From Tubulanus polymorphus (lineage: Eukaryota; Animalia; Nemertea): a DNA stretch of 64,000 nt. This document shows, piece by piece, positions 13,334 through 25,599 of this stretch. Location of the stretch: positions 15,797,807-15,861,806 of the forward strand of contig NC_134031.1 of NCBI RefSeq assembly GCF_964204645.1, in the 5' to 3' direction. Both the position numbers and the translations under genes were made by a program. Each line of letters opens with the position of its first letter. Within the stretch, counting starts at the first letter, position 1. Under the pieces are notes generated by a model. That model was given only the letters and a program-made list of their open reading frames with translations, had not been told where the DNA came from and did no database searches.

Positions 13334-13866
13334 AGACAATTTGCAGTCTGGACATTTACCGTTCTAGTGTGAAGTCTAAGTGATCAATTTTTGTAAGCAT
13401 GTCGATTTAAACGAGTTATACTGTAGAAAACATAAGTGAAGTCCTGAACGCTATATGTATGTTAAAACATGCAAAGAATAGACCTGATGAGTGTATTGAA
13501 TGTCTGCCGAGGGAAGGTTCCAGATAATAGATTCTGGTACCTGTCTAATCCTGATTTCACTTTTCATTGTACGTTATGATGTTCGATCATGTTAGAATTA
13601 TTTTTCCTAACTGCATTTAGCGCGATTATTTTAGTGTGATTCGATTGACTTTTAGAAGTGCCGAACTCAAGGTTTGGAACCTTTTGAAATGGAGCTAAAA
13701 AATGAAATGATTTAAATCAGTTGTTAAAATGGTTTATTTACGATATGTATTTGGTCTCATTTGATATGTATGGATTGAATCAAAACGTAATAACTGTGAC
13801 CGGTAACTCAAAATCATAAGGACGCAGTTTCCTCTAGCGGTCAGGAGCATAAATAAGAATCATTTT

Positions 13867-13979
13867 ACGCATCTTCCCTCGGCAGGGATTCGAACCTGAT
13901 GGCATCGCTTCACTCAGCCATGGCACGAACCGGGCAATCTTAATGCCAGGTTCGAATCCCTGCCGGGGGGAAGATGCGT
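13867..13979. repeat. Inverted repeat built from two tRNA B-box-containing arms
   Basis: ACGCATCTTCCCTCGGCAGGGATTCGAACCTG ... CAGGTTCGAATCCCTGCCGGGGGGAAGATGCGT. Confidence 0.85.
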
Positions 13980-14586
13980 TTTACAGTGATGGAAGTATTT
14001 GCTGAGATATTGTGTTTCTATTATAGATTATTCCTGAAATATGATTTTAAATAAATGTAAGGAATTGTATGTACATGTATATATAAATTGTTTGCCTCAT
14101 TGTTAGTTGTTCAATAAATGCTGGGCGAAATGATCCTCGGATCCTGATGAACTCTAGATCGTTGGCTTATCGTTGGTGGTAAGCTTTTGTAATCGGATCG
14201 GCTTATACCAACGAACAAAAGCCTTTGTGGTTTGTGAAAATATCCGATCGCGAAACTAAACCACGGACAGGTTCACTGACTAGATGGACTTCTACCTGGC
14301 TGCTGGGCTGACCACACGAATTACAGGAAATAAAAGTCTACAGAAATATCTTACGCATTTCCATTAACCTTTAATTACTACATGTACAATGAAAAAATGG
14401 AAAATATAAGTAGTTACGGAATAAAGGCTTCTGCACTACGCTCTCTACGGTAAATAAAATGTCATCACAATCATTGGATAAACTCTGTAAGGCTGAACAC
14501 AAAATCACTCGTTTTTGAATAAGCTATTTACATTTATCTGTGAAAGAACGTGCGGGATATGGGCTAGGGGTGGTAATGATGCGAAA

Positions 14587-15537
14587 TCACTTAGTACCGC
14601 ATTTAGCCACGTTACAGCATTTACAATCACCGGCATCACGACCGCACGAGCATTTCACTCCGCGGCACTTTTTCGGGTCGCCGTCACATTTGCACTGGTC
14701 ACCGATGCACGTACATTTGGCTCCTTCGTTGCATTTGCACTGTTGGCCGCCGGTGCTGCCGGCTGCTTTTTCACCGCAGTTACATTTACCGGCGGCGCAC
14801 GAACAATCGACTCCTTCACCGCATGAACACGCGTTACATTTGGCGCCTTTGCAGCACACGCACTGTCCGTCACCGCACATGCATTCTGGCAAAAAAATTC
14901 AACCGTTATGAAAAAATTTATTTTTCAATAGAATAATAAAGAAAACCGCCTACAGTCGAACCTCGTTAATTAATACGAACTCAGATACAAAAAAATATAG
15001 AATTTCATTACAAGTAGTTAGAAAATTTAATCAACTTCATACTGGATATAACGAACTATCGATTATAACAAAAATACATAAAGAGAATGTTTTTTTATGT
15101 ATTTTGGTTATAACGAACAGATTTTCTGGTCCCGTGAAGTTCGCTTACGAGGTTCCGCTGTATTTACAAATATTAAAAAAAACACCCATTGATTCAAGAT
15201 TAAAACCGCTATAAATTGGTGACCTTGTTAAAGGTATATAAAGCCACTAGGCCTAGATTCAAACACGATTTAAATTCAAAACCATTCGGACAGTAGAGAC
15301 CATCATCGTGTGGCTTTTATCTTATTATTCATTATCGACTGTTACTATCTATCTTACAGTCATGCGTCGACTATTCAATGGTGAAAATTACGATTTTCAA
15401 TGAGATTTCATTAGAGTGTAAAGCTTGTGAGGACCCCATCGCATCTAATGCTAAAAGACCGAGAGAACGGCTGTTAAATGAGCTAAACACAAAAGTGAAA
15501 TGACAATTTTACCTGTTTTTTCAGTCGTTGATGCCAT
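14587..15537 (-). CDS. Metallothionein-like protein, 2 exons, ~107 aa, 25 Cys
   Basis: Exon 1 15513-15537 (MASTTEKT + G|GTAAAA); exon 2 14587-14885 after a T-rich CAG acceptor. CxC/CC motifs throughout, no aromatic residues. TATAAAA on - strand at 15648-15654. Confidence 0.88.
14953..15160. mobile_element. Tc1/mariner-pogo (Tigger-like) MITE in the metallothionein intron
   Basis: TA|CAGTCGAACCTCGT ... ACGAGGTTCCGCTG|TA; an inverted end fragment lies at 3712-3766. Confidence 0.7.
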
Positions 15538-18381
15538 ATTTTTCAGTATAATCACTCACGTAAATCTGATAGGTTTTCTCGCGCCTTTCGACTCGCTTCT
15601 GGAAACGTTGTGTCCAATTGTGTTTTCCTGTGTTGCGAGCACATCTGTTTTATACCGCATCGACTCATAACGTGGAACGTTCGCTACGTGAAAACACTTA
15701 CATCATCGCTACGAGAACATCACCGGCATCATCACGAGACCGATTCCCGTTATACGGCGAACGTGAAACTGCGCTTCACGTTGCATAGTCCTGCGCATTC
15801 CGCTAGATGGCGCACAGGTACTGAAACTCAAATGCATAAATTAGATAAAAATTCTCACTAATCGTATTGTTTTTGATTAAAAGATTCCGCGCTTTTTCTC
15901 TCACATTTGTCCTGCTAACGAATGTGCGTGATAATGCTAAGACAAATGAAGTAACTCGTAGAGTGAGGCTATTGTGGATTAATAAAAACTGGATATCGTA
16001 TTTTCACAGCCCTAGCAAATATTCAAAAAGGGGTAACAGACTCGAACCTGGGTCGTCAGGTGTACAGAGACAGTAATGGCGTCGTTAGAAACAATAGACT
16101 TCTCGGCGACCACGAAACCGTCAGCCACGAGTGTTTGTTTGGTAAATCATGAAAGCGATCGCTTCCCATGACCTTTATTCGACTAACTAGCTTCATCAAC
16201 AAGATTCCATTCAACGTCGTAAAAAATCCACGGCGGTATTCGCTGAATACCAATCAGTGTTGCAATATCGATATGTGGTGGGAAAATCAAAAGGATTGCG
16301 CTTTTGTGTAGTGTAGTTGTTAGTTGTTACAAATCAGGATTCCGTTCCACAGTTCTTAAGTTCAAAAGTTGACTACGATTTTGAATTGGAAAATAACTCA
16401 ATCGACCATTGAGCTGTGGAACCGGGTCCTGTCGGGTAATATAGATGGCGCTTTCATAACCATTCGCAGGCGAGGAAGTGTGTTTGTCACACGCGCCGCA
16501 CGAAACACATAAATAAAAAAACCAGTAATTTCGTTCGGCTGGAAATTCCTCTCGCGCCATAAATATATCATATGTCAGCAATCTCGTCTATAACGGACGT
16601 GAACAAGTTCTGAATGACAGACCGCCTGCGCCTTTCATCGATTATGGATTCCCACGATCTTCGAACGGGTCACGACCCGCGATCGAACGCATCAAAACAC
16701 GAGCCGTCGTGAGAAAAGCGACGAAACGCTGATAAAACCGCCGTAAAGTTCTCCTCATAAAACAAGACTTCAATGTCGCTTTTTAACTGCTTTAATGTTT
16801 GCCCATACAACAAATAAGTACGTATATACACGGTAGTCACTATTCTATCATATATTCATCCTTATTTAGTCGTGGCTTCAGAGACGAGGTCAACTTTTTT
16901 TTCGGAGAGATTTCAGAAATGACAATATCGGCGCTGCATCGATTTGATCGGACCTTTCCCTTTCTTCATTGTTTTTTTTTTCAGAAATGCACCGCGAACT
17001 ATTAAGACTGATATGCGTCGTGCGCGTCTTGACATAAAGACAATATTCGCGATAAGAATTTTATGGTTTCTTGATGTTGCGAAATCCGTCAGTTTGTGAT
17101 CTGTGGGGGCGTCTCGCGTGTCAACGAGGTGATCGAAACAATCATAGATCAATAGACCCTGTCAGTGATTCGGTCGTGAGAATTTCACAGTACTACTAAA
17201 TACACGATCATTGAACAATTGAACATAATAAACTTGTACCGTTTAACGCATTATAGATATCAATTCCGGTAAATGAATGATCTAAGTAAAAGCTCTATGA
17301 TAGTTTTAGCTTCCTCGCTTATTTATATTCTACACGTCTGAGGAATCAAAGTCACTTTTTCTCGGTGACTAGCCCGGAATCTGATCTTTCGAAGAATTTC
17401 ACAAACGTTTTGAATTCAAAGTATAGTCTGCGGTTTTGTCAAGTGCAATATTGCTTGTTAGCGACGTGACACTAGTACAGGCCTACAATGCGTCCGTGCA
17501 TGCAGGTCATCACGTATTAGCGTCTCCGGATTCCATGAGATTAAAACGTTCTTCTCGCGTGACATTTAGACGGTTACCGCTTTTTAAAACTCTATTCACC
17601 GCTAACGAAAACTGCAGCCGAGATGTCGGCTGCTATCTCGGCTGCTCTGACCGTGTGTCTCACATGCGCGCATTTATTTCCTGCTACCAAAATGCCGCAA
17701 CTATACAGAAAATCTTTCGACGATAGGCTGGGAATAGTTATGATTTTTATTGACGCCCTAAGTGACTCATCCAAATCGAGACTAGCTTCGATATGACATG
17801 ATTCCACCCTTGTAGACGTACATATAATAATCATAATACGTGCATATTTTCTGAAAGCAATCTCCCGATTTGAAAATTCTCGCGGTTGTCAGGTACAATG
17901 TTTTCACCGATAGCCTCCTGGCACGTGTTGCGAATTTTGATGTGCCGAAATCAAGATTAGCGCGCTGAAAGAGAGCGCGCTATACTGTCGCCATTCAGTC
18001 GAATCCACCGAATTGATTTCAAACGTGTAATTAAGTGATGATTACACAATGGATCTATAGATTGCATAAATCTTTTGGTAGGATAGCCGCACTCGTTCGT
18101 GGAGAACAAAAAATAAGTTTAAAACCCACTACATATAATATACAGAATTAAAAAGATAAAATCGAATATATTTGTATATCAAGAATTAAAATCAAAATAC
18201 ACGACGTTTCGATGAGTCTTGATAAATGAAATACGAGTCTAATCTTAGATCTAGAGGGTTTTTAATTTATTACAGAAATATTCCTATTCTTGAAAGCGAC
18301 GTCGATTGAAAATGTTTTACTTGCTAAGGCGGTGGCCCATAGCTCAAAGTCGGTCACACATCGTCAACAAGTGCTGCAATC

Positions 18382-18606
<225 letters not shown>

Positions 18607-19751
18607 GTGTGTGTGTGTTGTGTGTAAATTACAGACCGTGTTAAAATCTAAGCGTTTAGGATTAAAGCGAGGAAAGTGTTGTCACTCGACGCAAACACTA
18701 AGCACATAGTTACGCTATGTTCCCGGTGACTGCCCGACCGCGCTCGGCGCACAGCCGGGCGCGCGCCTCGGTTGCGGTCTGAACTTGTGCCAGATACGAA
18801 CAATACACACCGCCGAACAAAACCGCCACCACGCGCGCGCATTCCAGCACTGGTGCGTCGGTTCCTGTTTAACAGATCTATACACAATAAAATGGAATCA
18901 GTCACTACGAAGAAAAAGCTAAATTTCAATCGCATATCGAATCTGGGACGAAAATAGTTCATAGATGGGGGTTGCCGGGTGCTTTATTATCAAATATGAA
19001 GATATATACGTGTATTAACAATAAGTTTATTTCCTTTTCATTCAGCAAGAATATCTAGGCTGAATTGACATTGTCGATAAGATACTATAGAGTACGCGTA
19101 TAATTGGCTAATCTCGGGGAGGAAACACGGCGACTCTTATCTCGGCCTAGTCCTTATCGTCGTCGTGTAGTAAAATAATTCCCACGACAGACGACTCGCT
19201 GCCGTTACAGTTCTGGCTTGTCTCCAAAAATCCGACAGCCGCCGCGCGCTGGTGTGTGTTGTGTGTGTGTGTGTGTACAATAGAATTATTACCTTCTCAA
19301 GTCCCCGGCTCGAAAAACAAAACAAAAAAAAAACGAATGAGAACGACAAACGGAACTCGTTCACAGCCCCCTACTACATTCGGGTATATCTTACCGAGAT
19401 CACAGGTGTTTTAAGAAAAGTCGGAAATTATACCCGACACGAATAAAAAGAAATCCAGTTGTGATATAATTACTTTAACATGTATTTATATAATCTAAGA
19501 ATATCTATCATGGTTTTCGGTGACTTTTATGTACAAAAAATTGAACGCTATACTCGAATACTCAGATTCTAATGTCTTTGCTAAAAACTCTATATCACTA
19601 CTTTAGTATCATCAATAATTTTCAGACGAAATATTACGATTAAATTGCACACAGCGTATGAGTTGAACGTTTCGCTTTCACACTCGGAAGAAGGCAAATT
19701 GTTCAGTGTTTAATCACAGATCGTTTATTGCAGAAGAAACGTCCGATGCAT

Positions 19752-22202
19752 CTACCAAGGTCGCCAGACATCTTCTGTTGGCTCTAATTTCACCGATTCG
19801 TTCGGCCTTTTCATAGTCATATCGAGCGCCACACAGCCACCAAGAGGCGCAGACGCCGGTTTTATTTCCAGCGGCGGTTTCGCGTCCGAACTGTCCAATA
19901 CGGTATCAGCTTTATCGTTTTCCGGATGCGGCAGTTTTACGAGCGGTTCGGCGGTCGTGGCAGATGGTGACGTCACGGCTGTGGGCTGTGACGTGTAAAC
20001 AGGTATGACGTAACTAGGCACTACCGCGGCTGCTTGTTGCTCGGACGAGGCTGACGATATTATGCCACTCGGAATAATAAATGCAACTTCACCGGTTGGC
20101 AAACGGCTTGGAAGTAGTTGAATACCTCCGATTGCCTGGGCGGACGAGGATGCCACCACCGTAGTGCTGTGGTTAGGGCCGCCAATAACTATGTTCGTAG
20201 TATTTGTAGATTTCGGCGGCGGTATTTCCGAAACGTTGTTGTTGAATACATTTTTCTGATTATTGATTATCTGTTTCCAATTCATCGCTGATGTTTTCAC
20301 GTTTTCGGCGCATATTCCGGCTCGCGCAAACATGCCATTTTTAACGTGCGGTGGGCTGCAGTTTTCGGCCCGGTGCATGTTCTGCATCTGTAGGCAATTC
20401 GCAAGATGCCCGAGGACTCGCGCTCGGAGTTCGACGTCCAGACATTCGATACTGCTGAGATATCGAGCCACTTCTGTTGCGCATTCGTTGAAACCAACTT
20501 GATATTTGTTGATTACTGTGGGATCCACCGTTGCGGCAACTGTATATCAATGAAAAATATTGAATTTCAAAATCATTTTTACGTTAAGAATAAAAATATG
20601 CTGCAACGAAAAAAAAGACGATTCAGCGCAATAAATCGTACCCGCAAATTGTTGTCGTTGTATTTGTCGAAGATGCTTCACCGTCATTTCTAAAATATCA
20701 GCCTTTTCCATTTTAGAATGATGAGTGCCCTGTAAGAAAGCCGTCGAAAATGACAAAATTATAAACGCTCATAAAATCACTTGCAAGAGAATATATAAGA
20801 AAACGCATTTTATTTATAAACGAAATGCGGAAATATCTTTTGTTTTGTTTTTGTCTTCTTTTTTTATTCCGGATACTACTAAACTTCGTATGAATCATAT
20901 ATAATTAAACCACCATACTGCAATGAGTCAGTGAATATCGTGGGAACTGTTTACTAGAATGATTTCCGTTGTACTGTCTAGCCGTGCGTCCTCGTAAAAA
21001 CGACATTTAAAAACCTCCGCGGCAATATTGAATATCTACCGAGGGCCGAACATGAGTATCAGAAAAAGCCACTCAATCTTATTCGAAATACGTGTCCCTT
21101 ACATTCTCGAAAGGATCCCCCCACCTGCGGTATTCCGAATGCGCGCGCACACTTGGTGATTGACTCCGCTATAGTCGTATGGCGGCCATATTGAAAACGC
21201 ACATACCTCGCTTTTCAGAACGTCGATCAGTAACGCTTTCAGCTCGGCCAAACTCGAATTGATCCTGGCCCGTCGTCTTTTTTCCATAATCGGCTTCGAA
21301 CTCTGAAAACGTAATAAAAGAATGCCTGTGAGAAAAACTTCAAACGAAGCACCGTACGTCACGCACCTGCGCAAATCAAACACATTTCAAGCGTCGTTTA
21401 GACACGCCGAAAACGAGATCGGCGCGCTTAAAAACTTTCAAGAGATGAAAAATGATTATTCTACGGGGGACAAATAAAGTCAACGACGAGTCGAAAATGC
21501 GGGCAATTTCGCTACTCGAGTCGACATTCAATAACTTTGAATAGCTTTCCGCGCGTTCTGAAATTTCAAAGCATTCCAGAAAACCGTTTTGTTCAGTTTT
21601 TACGTAAATTCGGGGATATTCGATTGTGACAATAATTCCCACGGCCGCGCGCGCGCGCGCAGATTGTTCGATACATAAAAAGATGTTTTTGGTGTTTTCC
21701 CGCGCCGAGTTTTTTTAACAAACGGTGCTACATTATTTTGCGCGCTCTTTTTCTCGTGACCCTTTTCGATAATTAGAACGCCTCGAAGATTAGTGTTCTA
21801 TTGTTCTTACATAAAACGCATCGAAAATATTTAAGATCGCAAAATGTTTCGATTTATTCATTTGAGTAGAATTGTTCTTAATCTCATACTTTAATCACTT
21901 CAAAACGTTATCGAACACAGTCGTTGCAATTGCGAAATTGATTGCGTTTTCAAAGACTATTTCAAACGTTATCTATTGATGTTAATTCGGCATTTATATT
22001 GTTAATTTCATTGTTACCTTTAAGTGAGAAATAAGTTGTATTATATAAAACTTTGTAATTCTTTAACGCACATTAAAATGTCCAGATCCTAAATTTTCAA
22101 AACTTCAAAATTTTATCTATTCACGTTAATCTCTAATTCATGTCTCACCCTGCGTCCTTCTGTGGAAGAGGCTTTCGCTTTTTCGATGAATTGTTCGGCC
22201 AT
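19752..22202 (-). CDS. HES1: Hairy/HES1-like bHLH-Orange-WRPW repressor (HES-A), 4 exons, ~341 aa
   Basis: Exons 22149-22202, 21207-21302 (96 nt), 20642-20729 (88 nt), 19752-20539. Motifs [35 protein letters not shown], Orange domain [24 protein letters not shown], Hairy-type [20 protein letters not shown], terminal WRPW*. Confidence 0.93.
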
Positions 22203-22329
22203 GTTTTCAGTGTTGGTTTGAATTTCTACAATCCGAAATCGAAGATGTCGTCGAAATTACGCCAGATAATTATCGGTCGGCGAGTTCGCTTTCTGACGCG
22301 ATGCTTCAAATTTCATTATCAAAAGTGAA

Positions 22330-22591
22330 CATCGACCATTAGAATCGATCGCCGACGTCTCCCCGGTGACGTCATCGGCGTGTTCGTCCAATTACGAGGC
22401 GCACGTGCTTTCGTACTTCGGACTCCGACATTCCACAAGTTATCGCATGTTCTATAGTACTGCGACGTGTCAATCAAGAACATCGACACGCGCCGCGTTC
22501 AGTGGGAAAGCCACGCCTTTTTCGACTTACAGAACGCGCCCAGGCATAGAGCACACTTTTGTCAGTGCCTATGTACACAGTTACGTGGGAA
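22330..22591 (-). promoter_or_regulatory. HES-A proximal promoter
   Basis: CRE TGACGTCA 22367-22374, CCAAT 22388, GCACGTGC 22401, N-box CACAAG 22434, class C CACGCG 22487, CSL sites GTGGGAA 22502 and CGTGGGAA 22584. Confidence 0.65.
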
Positions 22592-24332
22592 TTCAAGACG
22601 TCGGTGTTTCTCACTAAGCCGAGTCAAAGCGAACTTTTCTATAGTATTTATCGAGGTATTCAACGAGATATAAAAATTGATACCGCCGAAAATACACACA
22701 ATCGACCGCTCGCGTAATGGCAATATCTTAAATACACATATGTCAAATTTAGATAAAAATAGCCACACGTATTAGTCACTAAAGTGTCACGTTCGGTCGT
22801 GCAGTGTCGCAAGCCTTGATCGCGCTTTCCGAACAAAACACTCATTTTGCGAACGATATAAGTGAGAATTCGAAGTTCGTTGGTGATAAGCGATTTATCA
22901 GTAATTATACCGCCGGCCAATTATTTAATTCTTTAACGCACGGATAAATACGCACAGTATTTCCAGGGTTATGTCATAAGAGGGACGCGGAAAAATCGGG
23001 CGCGAATTAATTGCGCCGGGAAACGATTTGTGTTAATCACTAAATTAGAGAAAATTACCGCTTCGTGATAAAAACAGAAAGAGGGGGATAAATTCGTTTA
23101 ACCGAAATTATTCTGATGCTTGCCTCTCGTAAAAGGATTACATATAAATAAAAACAATCGATAGGAATTCTAAAAGAAAGACTAGAAATTCAAAAGTTGA
23201 AAAGTTATTAAAATTGCAAAGTTTCGGCTGTTATCTTGTGGAGATGAAACCGTGTAGGCCGGTTCAGTAGTCAGGGTTTAGATTTAAGACCAACCCGAAG
23301 CTCGTTTTGGTTCTATTCATTGCCAATCTCACAATCTAAGACCAGTTATCTTAAGATTTAAGACCAATTTAGCTTTTAAGTCTCGACTACACAACCGTCG
23401 GGCCCCATAAACTATAAAACGCCCGGGACTTCGTTTTTCAGAGTGCAATGGAACACAATGAAAAAGCGACTTCCAACTAAACCAACCTAACCGACCTCCA
23501 AATTCTAATAAAGATAATTAGAAATTACAATATTTCTAAATTGATAAGTAGAATATCAACAATTTCATTTTAGAAGTTCGCGGTTTATCGATGAAATTGC
23601 GTACGCGCTAATTTTGCTGACTAGAAAAATACGCGCCAAAAATCGCGCGCGATTCAACGGTCAAATTATATTCGAAAATAAGATCGATTTTTCCCGCGAA
23701 TATACATAGAAAAAATTCGGCGCAAAATCGTGACCTTGAATTATCGAAAGCTACGAAAACTCATCGAAATGTCAGCGAGGTAATAAAACGTCGATTGTTT
23801 AGCGATTTATCGGAAAGGTAATAATTCAGATAAGATAAGACGCTTTCGATGAGCGCTTTATTGCCGTTATAGAAATACGCGACAAACTGCGTAAAATAAA
23901 TCGAATTTCATTCAATAGAAGTATATATAAATTCCAGTGGGTTAATTTTCGTAACCCGAGATTACGACATTTCGGCGAGAGCGTGATCGGAGAAAAAACA
24001 ATCTTTACTTTCTCACGAAAATCAGATCGAAGCGTAGATAATAATTTCGTTCAACGCAATCGCCGAATTCTATTTTCTCTGAAATAATTTGCAACAATTC
24101 TTCCATTTACTCATTTCTTTTATCCTTCATTATCGAAACAAGTTTGTTATTAGAATTCTAAATTGTTTCTTATTATCCACAAGTACGTTTCAAAGTATTT
24201 TCTACGAATTCACGAATTTATTATTTTATTATATCTCCATTAATTGAATGAATTGTTTTCGTAATATTTTCTTACCACCGATTTACATTTCAACATTTTT
24301 TAAAGCGCAAACAAAATTTGAAACTAACTTAC

Positions 24333-24350
24333 CAGACGATTGAAAACCAT
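24333..24350 (-). CDS. Candidate distal alternative first coding exon of HES-A (MVFNRL)
   Basis: AAAAC-ATG-G context, six codons, then a CTG|GTAAGT phase-0 donor compatible with HES-A exon 2. Confidence 0.4.
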
Positions 24351-25599
24351 GTTTTCGCCCGTGTATTCGTAAAAACACCAGGCGACTGTCAGGGGGCTGA
24401 TAAATGGGAAATAATTTTTATACTCCTGAACGAGCAGAACAATCGCGAGAAACAAATGAAGTCAAATGTCGAAGTGATGGGAGAGAGCTTGAAATAACTT
24501 TCTAGAAGGGGTACTGGGTAATGAGATTCAGTAACTATACGAGGCTCGGACTAATGAGAAAAGTCGGAATATCTCGGAGCCGTATTAAAACGGCTGTTGT
24601 TCTGGTTACTAAGGCTCACATCTGGAAGATGTTTATATATCAGTGGTTGTTCTAAATCAAAAGTATGTGAAGCTGTGAGATAACTTCCGACACTCCGCCC
24701 GTAACTACCCGGAGTTTATGCAAATATCCGCGTGCCTATACGCTCTCTCTGGTGCTCTGCCATTTTTAATCAAATCCGCGCCGTGGCCGGCGTAGCCCCT
24801 ACGATCGTTTTTCCTTCGACGACATTTCATTCTCAGCATGGGGGTTATTTGTTTCGAATCCGACGCCAGAAAATTCCTTCTCGGCGTATAGGCCGAGGAG
24901 GTATACACCCGGTAGTCCTGCCAAGCGACACCACTGGAGATCAGAGCTCAATCGAGGATCTACATATCTGCATAATAATTCGATACATGGTTAATTTCTG
25001 ATATACCATGTGAAATACGTGCATCGGAGCTAAATACTCGATGGAATTACTTTCCCAAACTTTTAATGATTTTCTAATTCACTATTACGTTTCGTGTTTC
25101 GGATGCGAAATGGAATTTCTATTCGGTAAAATGTTAAGAAATCGTTTTTCTAACACGTGCCAATAGCGTGTACATATCTGTCGTATGAAAGACGGACCAT
25201 CGAGATTTTCTGGAGAGAAATTGAAAGTCGGTCAATATGTCGAGTGAGAGCCTCGAATAGAATATTCCGCCCAGATACCGCGAGCGCGCGCGAGCACTCG
25301 CGTGCCTTTGCACACTTCACCCGATAACGTAATTACACCTGGCGATGCCCAGATACGTGTTGCTACTCACTATCGGAATGCGCCCGGAAACCGACTCGTC
25401 CGATAGCAACCGATCAGGCGGACACGCGTTCAGGTAATTGACCTATTGTTCGCCTATCGACGGGCGGTGTTTTCACACGTGCTCGCCTGGTGCCGGGAAT
25501 GCGTATAAAACGCCCCGATGGTCGATGGAGTTCATCAGTCTGATCTCAGATCTCGCACAAGACACATCGCTCCTCAGAAAACAGAAATATTAGTTGAAA

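Noticed and set aside
14515-14911. His-rich 123-aa and Ala/Phe-rich 103-aa + strand ORFs
   Set aside because: Antisense shadows of the Cys-codon-rich metallothionein exon.
23413-23480. TATAAAACGCCC identical to the HES-B TATA context, suggesting a third HES gene
   Set aside because: Followed only by a 10-codon ORF beside a MITE; no bHLH exons.
22500-25480. Su(H) paired site (SPS) in either HES promoter
   Set aside because: Single sites exist (including TTCACACG at 25472), but I found no head-to-head pair at 15-17 bp spacing.
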